Positions 48,417 through 56,574 of a stretch of 64,000 nt of DNA are shown one piece after another (the first letter of the stretch is position 1; the number at the start of each line of letters is the position of its first letter). The position numbers were made by a program, and so were the translations under genes. The notes under the pieces were generated by a model. That model saw only the letters and a program-made list of their open reading frames with translations, had not been told where the DNA came from and did not search any database. The stretch is from contig CAYOZJ010000003.1 of the NCBI GenBank assembly GCA_964408485.1, positions 65,290-129,289 on the forward strand, in the 5' to 3' direction. The DNA is from an uncultured Gammaproteobacteria bacterium (lineage in GTDB: Bacteria; Patescibacteriota; Microgenomatia; Levybacterales; UBA12049).

Positions 48417-49612
48417 TATTCTTCTTATTTTTATTTTGTATTGTTCTTCCTTTGGGTGAAGTATCGCGAATCACCCTTGGTCTTAATGTGTCTTTCACAT
48501 TTGTTGATATTACTGTTTTGGTAGGAAGCATGATTTGGCTCATCAGGCATTTGTTGCAAAAATACTCTTTATCGCTTCAAGCAAAAGGATTCGTGTTTAT
48601 AACAGGAGTATTTGTGTTGTCTCTCCTTTGCAACCTGACAACGTTATCAGAATCTCAATTTTTAATAGCAGGGCTGTATATTCTTCGATTTGTATCTCTT
48701 ACAACACTTTTTTTTCTAATCAAGAATAGCTCGAAAAATATAAAGCAAAGCGTTTCACGATTTCTTCTTATTGGGGGGAGTATTTTGGTTGCGAGTGGAT
48801 ATATTCAGTATTTCTTCTACCCATCACTTCGCAATTTAATTTACTTTGGATGGGATGAGCATTTTTATCGTATGTTTGGGACCTTTTTTGATCCGAATTT
48901 TTTTGGACTTTTCTTGGTGCTCTTTTTCCTTTTTGTTTTGTCAAAATTATTTACTATTTCACCAGAGAAGAAAAAGTATCTGTTTGTTTTCTTTCTTGCA
49001 TTAAGCGTTGCAACATTTATTGGAATTTTTCTTTCCTACTCACGTACTGCACTTATTGCACTTTCTGTAGGTGTAATTATTCTTTTTTGGAATAAAAAAA
49101 TCTGGAAACTCTTTGCTATTTTATTTACTATTGCTGCGTTAAGTGGAATATTATTTTTTATATCTCGAAGCACCCGTTTGGGTATGAATACCTTAGAAAT
49201 GAATAGCCTTTTTCGGGCAACTTCAACAAGTGCAAGACTTGGTAGTGCAAGAGATGCGTTAATAATCTTTCAGGATAATCCACTTATTGGCGTAGGATTT
49301 AATGCGTATCGATATGCCATGTATCGACATCATTTTCAGCCTGGGACCAGTATTCAGGAAGATCACGGTGCATCAGGTGCAGACAGTAGCGTACTATTAG
49401 TACTGGCAACAAGTGGTATCGTTGGACTTGCTGCTTACGTACTTTTCCTAGGAGGTTTTTATTTTCCTTTACTCAGGAAAAGAAATAAGCTAGGGTTAGC
49501 AACACTCAGTGCGCTTTTTGTCGGAAGTTTTTTTGTAAATGGCCTTTTTTATCCATTCCTTCTTGTGTGGGTGTGGGGAGTATTAGGGACTACGACTGGT
49601 GATGAACAGTAA
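48404..49612 (+). CDS. O-antigen ligase/polymerase-like (Wzy_C) membrane protein
   Basis: Polytopic; large periplasmic loop YFGWDEHFYRMFGTFFDPNFFG and NAYRYAMYRHH resemble O-antigen ligase family loops. Confidence 0.55.
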   Translation: MVLLVFFLFLFCIVLPLGEVSRITLGLNVSFTFVDITVLVGSMIWLIRHLLQKYSLSLQAKGFVFITGVFVLSLLCNLTTLSESQFLIAGLYILRFVSLTTLFFLIKNSSKNIKQSVSRFLLIGGSILVASGYIQYFFYPSLRNLIYFGWDEHFYRMFGTFFDPNFFGLFLVLFFLFVLSKLFTISPEKKKYLFVFFLALSVATFIGIFLSYSRTALIALSVGVIILFWNKKIWKLFAILFTIAALSGILFFISRSTRLGMNTLEMNSLFRATSTSARLGSARDALIIFQDNPLIGVGFNAYRYAMYRHHFQPGTSIQEDHGASGADSSVLLVLATSGIVGLAAYVLFLGGFYFPLLRKRNKLGLATLSALFVGSFFVNGLFYPFLLVWVWGVLGTTTGDEQ

Positions 49613-50288
49613 GCTCTTGCTTAGTGGTATTACCAGCTGCGTCTGTTGCAACAACAGTTATATGCGTATCTCCATTCTGAAGGCTTAATGAGTAAGAGTA
49701 ATTACCATTAGAGTCGACTATTGCCCAGAAGTCATTCACTGTCACTCGTACATCTGGATCTGTTTTACCTTTTACGACAACACTTCCACCCAATGTATCG
49801 CCGTCGTGGGGATTATCAACAGTTAAGGACGGTGCTTTTTGAATATACACAATATTCCATGAGTCAGAATAATCACTAACCTTGTCTGTTGTCTTAGCTT
49901 TTGTTTGGATAGTGTTTTGTTGTTGGGTTAGATGGACGCCACTAAATGAAAATGTTCCATCTGATTTAGTGTCTTGAGAATCAACAAGGCTGCTATTTAC
50001 AAAAAGTTGAATTGTTTGCTTTACTCCTGCAGTGCCACTAACAGTAATTGTTGCGCTATTGGTTGCATTAAAGCTCTCATTCATTACCGGTGGGACAAGG
50101 ACAGATTTGGAATTTGCAACTTCATCTGCTGTCACGCCATTTTTGCTAGAAAGGAAAAGACTTAAATTGGTGAGTGCTGGGATACCAAATTTGAAGAGCA
50201 CAAAAATAATAGCAATAATGCCAACAATATATAAAATGAGCTGGCGTTTTGTTTTTCTTTCTGATGATCGTGAAAGTCGTGATTGCAT
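49590..50288 (-). CDS. membrane-anchored protein with Ig-like (Big) beta-sandwich repeats
   Basis: N-terminal TM anchor; Thr/Ser/Val-rich beta repeats (TITVSGTAGVKQTIQLFVNSSLVDS; VVVKGKTDPDVRVTVND). Confidence 0.4.
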   Translation of the reverse strand: MQSRLSRSSERKTKRQLILYIVGIIAIIFVLFKFGIPALTNLSLFLSSKNGVTADEVANSKSVLVPPVMNESFNATNSATITVSGTAGVKQTIQLFVNSSLVDSQDTKSDGTFSFSGVHLTQQQNTIQTKAKTTDKVSDYSDSWNIVYIQKAPSLTVDNPHDGDTLGGSVVVKGKTDPDVRVTVNDFWAIVDSNGNYSYSLSLQNGDTHITVVATDAAGNTTKQELTVHHQS

Positions 50289-50325
50289 AGTTTTATTGCA
50301 TAACCAGGCGCAGGATTGTGTCTAG

Positions 50326-50398
50326 AGCCGATGGTGAGGATCGAACTCACTACCTACGCTTTACGAAAGCGCCGCTCTGCCAATTGAGCTACATCGGC
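50326..50398 (-). tRNA. tRNA-Thr (anticodon CGT); CCA not encoded
   Basis: Minus-strand fold: acceptor GCCGATG/CATCGGC, D-arm GCTC-AATTGGCA-GAGC, anticodon arm GCGCT-TTCGTAA-AGCGT, T-arm GTGAG-TTCGATC-CTCAC. Confidence 0.85.
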
Positions 50399-50456
50399 AC
50401 TTTCTTATTATATAGTATTCTACTTTTAAGATCATGTCTAGATTTTTATCTTACTC

Positions 50457-51211
50457 CCGATATGCATACCTATTCCATCTCCGAAGTGGATTAGGTTGAC
50501 ACATCGGGAATTTGATGTTTAGCTAAAGTCATGCCATATAGACAAACGGTTTTGGCAACTGGAGAGTTTTACCATATTTTTAATAGAGGTGTAGCAAGGA
50601 TGCCAACTTTTGTTACCTCTCGGGATTATAGTAGGTTTACTCAAGCACTCCAGTATTATATGAATGCGAATGCCAAACCAAAGTTCTCTGCTGCACACGA
50701 ACTATCTATTTTACATTCAGCAACAAAAAATTTAATTGATATTATTGCGTATTGTCTGATGCCAAATCATTTTCATCTATTGTTAAAACAAAAGACTGAG
50801 AATGGAATCTCTCAATATATGAAAAATATTAGCATAAGTTATACAAAATATTTCAACATTAAAAATGATAGAGTAGGTCCATTGTTTCAAGGTGCATTTA
50901 AGGCTGTTCGTATTGAAACAACTGAGCAGTTACTTCATGTGCATAGGTATATTCACATAAATCCAACAGTTGGTTTTGTAACGAAATCCTTAGAGGATTA
51001 TCCATGGTCGTCATTCCATGAGTATGCAAAGAGGAAAATTGGTTTTTGTGAGAAAGAGCTAATTCTAAGTAATTTTTCAAATCCTAAACAATATCGACAG
51101 TTTCTTTTGGATCAGGAAGATTATGGAAAACAACTTAAAGGTATACAGCATCTTCTCCTTGATCTAGAGAAATAATTCCGATGTGCGAAGCTGTTCCATC
51201 TCCGAAGTGGA
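50457..51211 (+). mobile_element. IS200/IS605-family-like minimal element: Y1 (HUH) transposase flanked by 34-bp imperfect direct repeats, each with a TTCCA-TCTCCGAAG-TGGAA hairpin
   Basis: Left repeat 50457-50490 ccgatatgcatacctattccatctccgaagtgga; right repeat 51178-51211 ccgatgtgcgaagctgttccatctccgaagtgga; both in the same orientation, as expected for IS200 left and right ends. Confidence 0.6.
50531..51175 (+). CDS. tnpA: IS200-like / REP-associated tyrosine (Y1, HUH) transposase
   Basis: HUH motif CLMPNHFHLLL, catalytic-Tyr region HVHRYIHINP, and the YPWSS motif typical of the RAYT/COG1943 group. Confidence 0.75.
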   Translation: MPYRQTVLATGEFYHIFNRGVARMPTFVTSRDYSRFTQALQYYMNANAKPKFSAAHELSILHSATKNLIDIIAYCLMPNHFHLLLKQKTENGISQYMKNISISYTKYFNIKNDRVGPLFQGAFKAVRIETTEQLLHVHRYIHINPTVGFVTKSLEDYPWSSFHEYAKRKIGFCEKELILSNFSNPKQYRQFLLDQEDYGKQLKGIQHLLLDLEK

Positions 51212-51288
51212 AGAAAGCATAGTAAGTATCCAGAATCTTAATATTTAATTATTTCACTCACAATTTTCAGGATTATATAAGTTCCCCA

Positions 51289-53823
51289 TTGACAACATTT
51301 CATAAATATTTATATGCTGGATATATGAGTGTAGGAGGACCAGGAAGAGGAGCAGGACCAGAGGCAGCAGGAGCTCCAGTACATGAAATACAAAAAAAAC
51401 CAAAGAGGACTTTTGGTGAAAATGTAGCACAAGGTATTGCAAGATTTGCAAAGCTTCATACTGTTCACAGAATAGGGGAAGTTGCTGGTAGGAATCTTCG
51501 TGGTGTAGCATCCAATGGACAAGAAAGAAACATAGAGGATGCATTACTTGTCTCTCCGAGACTTAATACGATGTGGAGAAATTTTCAAGAAAGATTTGGA
51601 GTTGGAGCAGCAAGACTCGGTGGTGTAGATATTGTTTATAAAGGACAAGGCCAGGAAGCATTTAAAGTTGATTATACGACCCCTGATGTGTTGCCTAAAA
51701 ATGCAACACCAGAGCAACAGCAAGATCATAGAATGCGTTCTGTCTTTAGGGATGTTGCTATGGCTGCAGATAGAGTAGGTGCAGCGGAGATAGCAGCAAT
51801 GATGCCAGACGAAGAACAGAGAACAAGAGGGCACGAGAGGCAGGAACATAGGATAGAAAGAGAGCATCCTGATCTTTGGGTTGGTCAGGATAGAAATGGG
51901 TACGTAATGGAAGTTTTGCGCTATGATTCTGATAAAGCAAGCGATCATGTAAGGCTTAACCCCAACACTGGGCAACCTGAATTTTTTGTTAGCGGTCAGG
52001 TTGAAGATAAGGTTGATCCTACGGTAACACGTGTTTCTATAGCAAAGTATAGATATGTTCCAGGTGTTTATGATGCAACGACTGGCCGTTGGACAGATAG
52101 ACTTGTTAGGTTTGGAGATGAAAATACTCCTGAAAATGATTTATTAAATAGAGATGCCTCTCGTGGGCAATTAAATGTTTCTTCAGAGCAGCATATGCGA
52201 TTTGTAAACTCCATGGCTTCTCGGCTTGCATCTGATTCTACAGACATAGCAGCTCTTCAGGCAGCGTATGGAATTTCGGGAAATGTAGCGACGTATATAG
52301 AGGCAGTACAAGGTGGGGGTGACGCAACGCTTCGAGGTCAATCTGATGAGCAAGTAAGACAAAGGATGCAGCAGCGAATTTCTAATGAAAGAGCAGAGAA
52401 TCTTAATGATTTTGATGAATCAGGTCATAAAGTTGTACTTTTAAGAGGATTAGGATCTGTAGAGTCGGGTAGAATGCAGGAACAAGATGCATTACGAATT
52501 AATGGTATTGACTTGCCTAGAAATACAATGACAACGCATAGAGAAACGATTGAAGGTAGAGAATATGCTGTTGCTCAAGAAGATAAGCAGCTTAGTCCGC
52601 GAACAGCCCAATTACTCAGAGAACTTCCAACAGAATATGCGAGGCAAAAGTATATGGCAGAATTTGGAGAAGAACTCGATCCAGAATCCGGTGAACAGCT
52701 AACAAGAGTAAGAATAGTAGAGACAAGATTTCCAGATGGATCCGCAGAAGCAGAACAAGATGGTAATTTGCATGCACGGCTGAATACAGAAAATGAATTA
52801 AATAGAGAGCACGAGCGTGCAATTATTAGAGGAAGTTTTGATGAAGTACCATCGAGTGCTCTAAAAGATCCTGCAGTGAACTTACTTTTCCTTGCTCCTC
52901 ATAATGCAGATGGTCGAATTCCTGGTACACTTAATAGTCTAAGACAAGCAGACGCGGCAATTAGGGGAATTGAAGAAAGAATTGCAAATAGGCCAACAGG
53001 TCAAAATAGTCCAACAGAATTCGCGTATGCGATGCAGTTATATGAATCAATTCTTTTGGATGGCGCAGAAGGAACAAGTGTTAACAGGAGTGCATTAGAA
53101 GGTTTTGTTATGCGTCAGGGTCATATGAGAGATGCTGGAGAAGTTTTGGCATATGTTAGAGAAAGACAATTAGATCAAGATGGAGAAGAAAGACTATCTG
53201 ATGTAGCAACGGACTTGATACAACAATTGAGTGGTGTTAGGAGCATTAGACCGGAGGATGTACAAATTGATGTAGCAAGAAGACTTGTTGATATTGTTGC
53301 AGAGAGCGGCGATTTGGATTTAAAAGCTCAATTAGATCAATTATACAGTACAGCGGATTTAAATGGCATTGATAGAGATTTGGTAAGAAGACTGAATGAA
53401 GCTTTTCCTCCAGTTATTAATAATCCTTTGGAATTTGCCCCTAGGTATGCTGCAGCTCTTGGGAATCCAGAGTTGGCGAGTCAACTGCTTAATGAATTTG
53501 GACCTGGTCTTCCGGAACAAATGAGAGCAGCTTTGCAGGAAGCAACACGTGCTAATCCAACAACAGATGAGATTGCAGCAGTAAGAACAGTTCAGGATGC
53601 AGCTAATTTACATGCACGTTATGAGCATATGACTGAGTCAGCAGCAATGTTGGTTGATTCTCGTCCTGCTACGGTTACACCGGCCGAGAGTTTCCAGAGA
53701 GCAGTTGAACCTTTACAGTCTATATTACCATCATTAACTCAAATGGCAGCAATGATAACAGCATTAACCAGTCAGCAAGCGAATAATGGGAATAATGGAA
53801 ATGGCTCAACAAACACTCCTTAG
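51289..53823 (+). CDS. large (844 aa) hypothetical soluble protein, highly charged, with no recognisable domain
   Basis: Long ORF with higher GC than its neighbours; TTG at 51289 and the first ATG at 51322; no TM or signal peptide; ends in an Asn/Gly-rich tail. Confidence 0.55.
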   Translation: MTTFHKYLYAGYMSVGGPGRGAGPEAAGAPVHEIQKKPKRTFGENVAQGIARFAKLHTVHRIGEVAGRNLRGVASNGQERNIEDALLVSPRLNTMWRNFQERFGVGAARLGGVDIVYKGQGQEAFKVDYTTPDVLPKNATPEQQQDHRMRSVFRDVAMAADRVGAAEIAAMMPDEEQRTRGHERQEHRIEREHPDLWVGQDRNGYVMEVLRYDSDKASDHVRLNPNTGQPEFFVSGQVEDKVDPTVTRVSIAKYRYVPGVYDATTGRWTDRLVRFGDENTPENDLLNRDASRGQLNVSSEQHMRFVNSMASRLASDSTDIAALQAAYGISGNVATYIEAVQGGGDATLRGQSDEQVRQRMQQRISNERAENLNDFDESGHKVVLLRGLGSVESGRMQEQDALRINGIDLPRNTMTTHRETIEGREYAVAQEDKQLSPRTAQLLRELPTEYARQKYMAEFGEELDPESGEQLTRVRIVETRFPDGSAEAEQDGNLHARLNTENELNREHERAIIRGSFDEVPSSALKDPAVNLLFLAPHNADGRIPGTLNSLRQADAAIRGIEERIANRPTGQNSPTEFAYAMQLYESILLDGAEGTSVNRSALEGFVMRQGHMRDAGEVLAYVRERQLDQDGEERLSDVATDLIQQLSGVRSIRPEDVQIDVARRLVDIVAESGDLDLKAQLDQLYSTADLNGIDRDLVRRLNEAFPPVINNPLEFAPRYAAALGNPELASQLLNEFGPGLPEQMRAALQEATRANPTTDEIAAVRTVQDAANLHARYEHMTESAAMLVDSRPATVTPAESFQRAVEPLQSILPSLTQMAAMITALTSQQANNGNNGNGSTNTP

Positions 53824-53856
53824 GAAATAGCCTTATCTTCATTTAAGGCAATTTAG

Positions 53857-53862
53857 TATAAT
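53857..53862 (+). promoter_or_regulatory. -10 TATAAT 6 nt upstream of the dus ATG (leaderless layout)
   Basis: tagTATAATtgtacaATG. Confidence 0.35.
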
Positions 53863-53868
53863 TGTACA

Positions 53869-54987
53869 ATGCAAAATCTTTGGCAGACACTTCCTAAGCC
53901 TATTTTTTCTTTGGCTCCGATGGAGGATGTAACAGATACTGTCCTTCGCCAAATCTTTTGTATTACTGGTAAGCCAGATGTTTTCTTTACAGAGTTTACT
54001 AATGTCGATGGAATACAGTCTCAGGGTCACGACGTTGTTGCAAGGCGCCTTCAATTTACTAATACCGAACATCCAATCGTTGCACAGATTTGGGGTATGA
54101 TTCCGGAGAATTTTTATAAGACAGCAAAAGACTTAGTAGAAAGAGGATTTGATGGAATAGATATAAATATGGGGTGTCCCCAGCATGATGTAACAAGTCA
54201 TGGTGCATGTAGTGCGCTTATTAAAAATCCTTCCCTTGCTCAGGAAATAATCCAGGCCACAAAAGAGGGAGCCCATTCGACAAGTTCAGAACAAACACAA
54301 AACTTACCCGTTAGTGTTAAGACAAGAATTGGATTTAAAACAATTGCAACAGATGAATGGATAGGATTTTTACTCGGGCAAAAATTGAGTCTTATTACTG
54401 TTCATGGTCGTACAGCGGCAGAAATGTCTAAAGTTCCGGCTCATTGGGATGAAATTGGCAATGCTGTAAGGTTGAGAGATGAATTTGAAAAGAAAAACGC
54501 CCTCACCCTTGACCCTCCCGCGCTTGTCAAGCAAGCAGCCTCCCTCACTTCGTTCAGTCCGGCCCCAGAGGGCGAGGGAAAACATGGTAGTGCTTTGCAC
54601 ACACTAATAATGGGCAATGGAGATGTGCAAAGCTTAGAGGAAGCAAAAGAAAAAATTGCCACATATCATGTTGATGGCGTTATGATAGGTCGTGGAATAT
54701 TCCATAACCCATGGATTTTTGCAGGAATTGATCCCAAGACCAAATCGCTTCAGGAAAGACTTGAATTACTTAAGACTCATGTTGCGCTGTATCAAAAAAC
54801 ATGGGGAGCACAAAAATCATTCCAGATCTTAAAGAAATATTTTAAAGTGTACCTATCAGACTTTGATGGAGCAAATGAAATGAGGCAGCAATTTATGAAT
54901 ACTAACTCTTATGAGGAAGCTCTTTCCCTTGCTGACAAGTTCCTTTTGTCATCCCGGACTGCGCTGCTTCGGGGAAGCAAGTACTGA
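53869..54987 (+). CDS. dus: tRNA-dihydrouridine synthase (Dus) carrying an in-frame insertion of about 39 aa
   Basis: LAPMEDVTDTVLRQI, GIDINMGCPQ, GNGDV and GVMIGRG motifs; the inserted segment FEKKNALTLDPPALVKQAASLTSFSPAPEGEGKHGSALH is encoded by repeat copy R4. Confidence 0.85.
   Translation: MQNLWQTLPKPIFSLAPMEDVTDTVLRQIFCITGKPDVFFTEFTNVDGIQSQGHDVVARRLQFTNTEHPIVAQIWGMIPENFYKTAKDLVERGFDGIDINMGCPQHDVTSHGACSALIKNPSLAQEIIQATKEGAHSTSSEQTQNLPVSVKTRIGFKTIATDEWIGFLLGQKLSLITVHGRTAAEMSKVPAHWDEIGNAVRLRDEFEKKNALTLDPPALVKQAASLTSFSPAPEGEGKHGSALHTLIMGNGDVQSLEEAKEKIATYHVDGVMIGRGIFHNPWIFAGIDPKTKSLQERLELLKTHVALYQKTWGAQKSFQILKKYFKVYLSDFDGANEMRQQFMNTNSYEEALSLADKFLLSSRTALLRGSKY
54497..54580. repeat. palindromic repeat copy R4, in-frame inside dus
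   Basis: gccctcacccttgaccctcccgcgcttgtcaagcaagcagcctccctcacttcgttcagtccggccccagagggcgaggg has outer inverted arms CCCTCACCC/GGGCGAGGG and shares cttcacttcgtt(c/t)ag with copies R5 and R6. Confidence 0.55.
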
Positions 54988-55014
54988 GTCGAGTGATCCG
55001 GGATCAAGGAATTA

Positions 55015-55107
55015 GATTCTTCACTTCGTTCAGAATGACGAGAAGACTGGATTTCCCCCAAGGGGATTAGCTTCGCCGAAGCGGTCCCGCCCTGCGCGGG
55101 AATGACT
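55015..55107. repeat. MITE-like repeat copy R5 (composite)
   Basis: cttcacttcgttcagaatgac...gcttcgccgaagcgg...cccgccctgcgcgggaatgac combines the motifs seen in R1, R2, R4 and R6. Confidence 0.55.
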
Positions 55108-55156
55108 GTTTGTTTTTATTCTGTTACTCTAGCACTCAGATGAATGCTGTGCCAAT

Positions 55157-55185
55157 TTGGACGTTCGTGTTTTATTTGATATACT
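55157..55185 (+). promoter_or_regulatory. sigma70-like promoter TTGGAC, 17-nt spacer, TATACT, 6 nt before the nudix ATG (leaderless layout)
   Basis: TTGGACgttcgtgttttatttgaTATACTaattgtATG. Confidence 0.45.
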
Positions 55186-55191
55186 AATTGT

Positions 55192-55608
55192 ATGAAACAA
55201 GGTGTTGCTGTTGGTGCATTTATTCAAAATAGTAAAAAAGAATTTTTAGTTGTTAAGCGGTCTGACTCAGATGAGTACATGGCAGGTAAATGGGAATTAC
55301 CGGGAGGCGGTATCGAAGACGAAGAGCCTCAGGAGGGACTGACGAGAGAAGTAAAAGAAGAAACAGGTCTTGATATTCTGGCTCTGAAGCCACTTTCGGT
55401 TGATGCGTATATCTATGACAAAGGACTCGAGCCAATTCAAAGAATTGAAATTACCTTTTTATGTTCAATCAAGGCTACAGAGAAAATACATTTAAGTCCC
55501 GAACACTCTGCGTACCAGTGGATTACGCCTGATGGAGTGAATGAATTTGATTTTTCTGACTATATGCTAAATGTCATTAAAAAGTCTTTAGAAGCTCTTG
55601 AGCAATAA
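55192..55608 (+). CDS. NUDIX hydrolase
   Basis: Nudix box GKWELPGGGIEDEEPQEGLTREVKEETGL. Confidence 0.85.
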   Translation: MKQGVAVGAFIQNSKKEFLVVKRSDSDEYMAGKWELPGGGIEDEEPQEGLTREVKEETGLDILALKPLSVDAYIYDKGLEPIQRIEITFLCSIKATEKIHLSPEHSAYQWITPDGVNEFDFSDYMLNVIKKSLEALEQ

Positions 55609-55654
55609 ATTTGTTCAGAGAAATAGTCTAGCAATCGCAGTCCATGAAATTACC

Positions 55655-55730
55655 GTCCTGGCCTGTCGGCACTAAAGTGCGCAGGCAAGCTCCTTCACTT
55701 CGTTTGTCCGCTCCTTTCTCCCGCCAAGGT
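55655..55730. repeat. repeat copy R6 (ctccttcacttcgtttgtcc motif)
   Basis: Shares the cttcacttcgtt core with R4 and R5; intergenic between nudix and lexA. Confidence 0.4.
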
Positions 55731-55900
55731 GCATTTTCAAAAATAGTTGTCTTATCCAGTCAAAAGTAATGCGAAATTCTGGTTCGGTGCTTTTACTGCG
55801 CTCTAATTTAGGCAAAAGAGAAGTCTCCCATCCGTTTCCTGAAAAAGAGGGAGTAAAGCTAACAACTGTGTTTTTTAAATTTATTTCTTCCATATATTTT

Positions 55901-55957
55901 GTCATTCTGGCTTGTCCAGAATCTAGATCCTGGATGCGCTACGCTTACCAGGATGAC
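55901..55957. repeat. MITE-like repeat copy R7, immediately 3' of lexA
   Basis: gtcattctggcttgtccagaatctagatcctggatgcgctacgcttaccaggatgac: two hairpins (attctgg/ccagaat and atcctgg/ccaggat) and GTCAT/ATGAC termini; the first 37 nt are identical to R8. Confidence 0.7.
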
Positions 55958-55964
55958 GGTTAAA

Positions 55965-56531
55965 TTAATGATACTTTCTTATGACACTTACGACTACTCC
56001 ACCAATTTCCAAGGACTCACGGGGCTTGATAACAGGGTAATTTTTATTGGCAGGGACAAGCGTTACGTCGCCATATTTTTCTTGAAAGTATTTTACTGTC
56101 CACTCGCCATCTACTTGCGCTGCAACAACGTCTCCATTTCTTGGCTCACGCTCTCTTTCTATAATAACAATATCCCCTTCATGAATCCCCTCATCTATCA
56201 TAGAATCCCCCTTAACCGTTAAGGAGAAAACTGTGCCTGTTCTATTTAATAGATAGTCATAGACGTCTATTGCGTCTCGCTGCATATCTGCGACTGTTGG
56301 ATAGCCTGCTTTAATAATGCCTAAGTTGGGTATAGTAAAAAGGTTTTTAGGTACTAATTTACCATTTTCATCTTTATCCAAAACACCTATCTCGCAAAGC
56401 TTTTTTACCAAATGTTGGCTAGATGCTTTTGTTGAATAGTGAAACAAAAAAGCTATTTCCTGATAGCTCGGCATCCTTTTGTGTTGGACGAAGAATTTTC
56501 TAATTGTTTCTATAGCCTTTGTGAGATCCAT
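55965..56531 (-). CDS. lexA: LexA repressor (S24 peptidase plus winged HTH)
   Basis: GDSMIDEGIHEGDIVIIE Ser-Lys dyad region, AG cleavage-site context (IIKAGYPT), N-terminal HTH. Confidence 0.85.
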   Translation of the reverse strand: MDLTKAIETIRKFFVQHKRMPSYQEIAFLFHYSTKASSQHLVKKLCEIGVLDKDENGKLVPKNLFTIPNLGIIKAGYPTVADMQRDAIDVYDYLLNRTGTVFSLTVKGDSMIDEGIHEGDIVIIEREREPRNGDVVAAQVDGEWTVKYFQEKYGDVTLVPANKNYPVIKPRESLEIGGVVVSVIRKYH

Positions 56532-56545
56532 ACTATGTATTACAA

Positions 56546-56561
56546 TAGTACGATCGTACTA
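56546..56561. promoter_or_regulatory. perfect 16-bp palindrome TAGTACGATCGTACTA, 15-30 nt upstream of the lexA start codon; candidate LexA operator (SOS box)
   Basis: Seen directly; an AGTAC-N4-GTACT architecture similar to the GTAC-type LexA boxes known in some phyla. Confidence 0.45.
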
Positions 56562-56574
56562 ACCAGTCAAGAGA

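Noticed and set aside
54370-54662. Two minus-strand ORFs (76 and 73 aa) inside dus
   Set aside because: They are antisense to a strongly supported Dus gene, and one runs through repeat copy R4. They were treated as spurious.
55672-55963. ORFs 55672-55905 (minus) and 55769-55963 (plus) between nudix and lexA
   Set aside because: The region is occupied by repeat copies R6 and R7. The ORFs are short, mutually overlapping and lack motifs.
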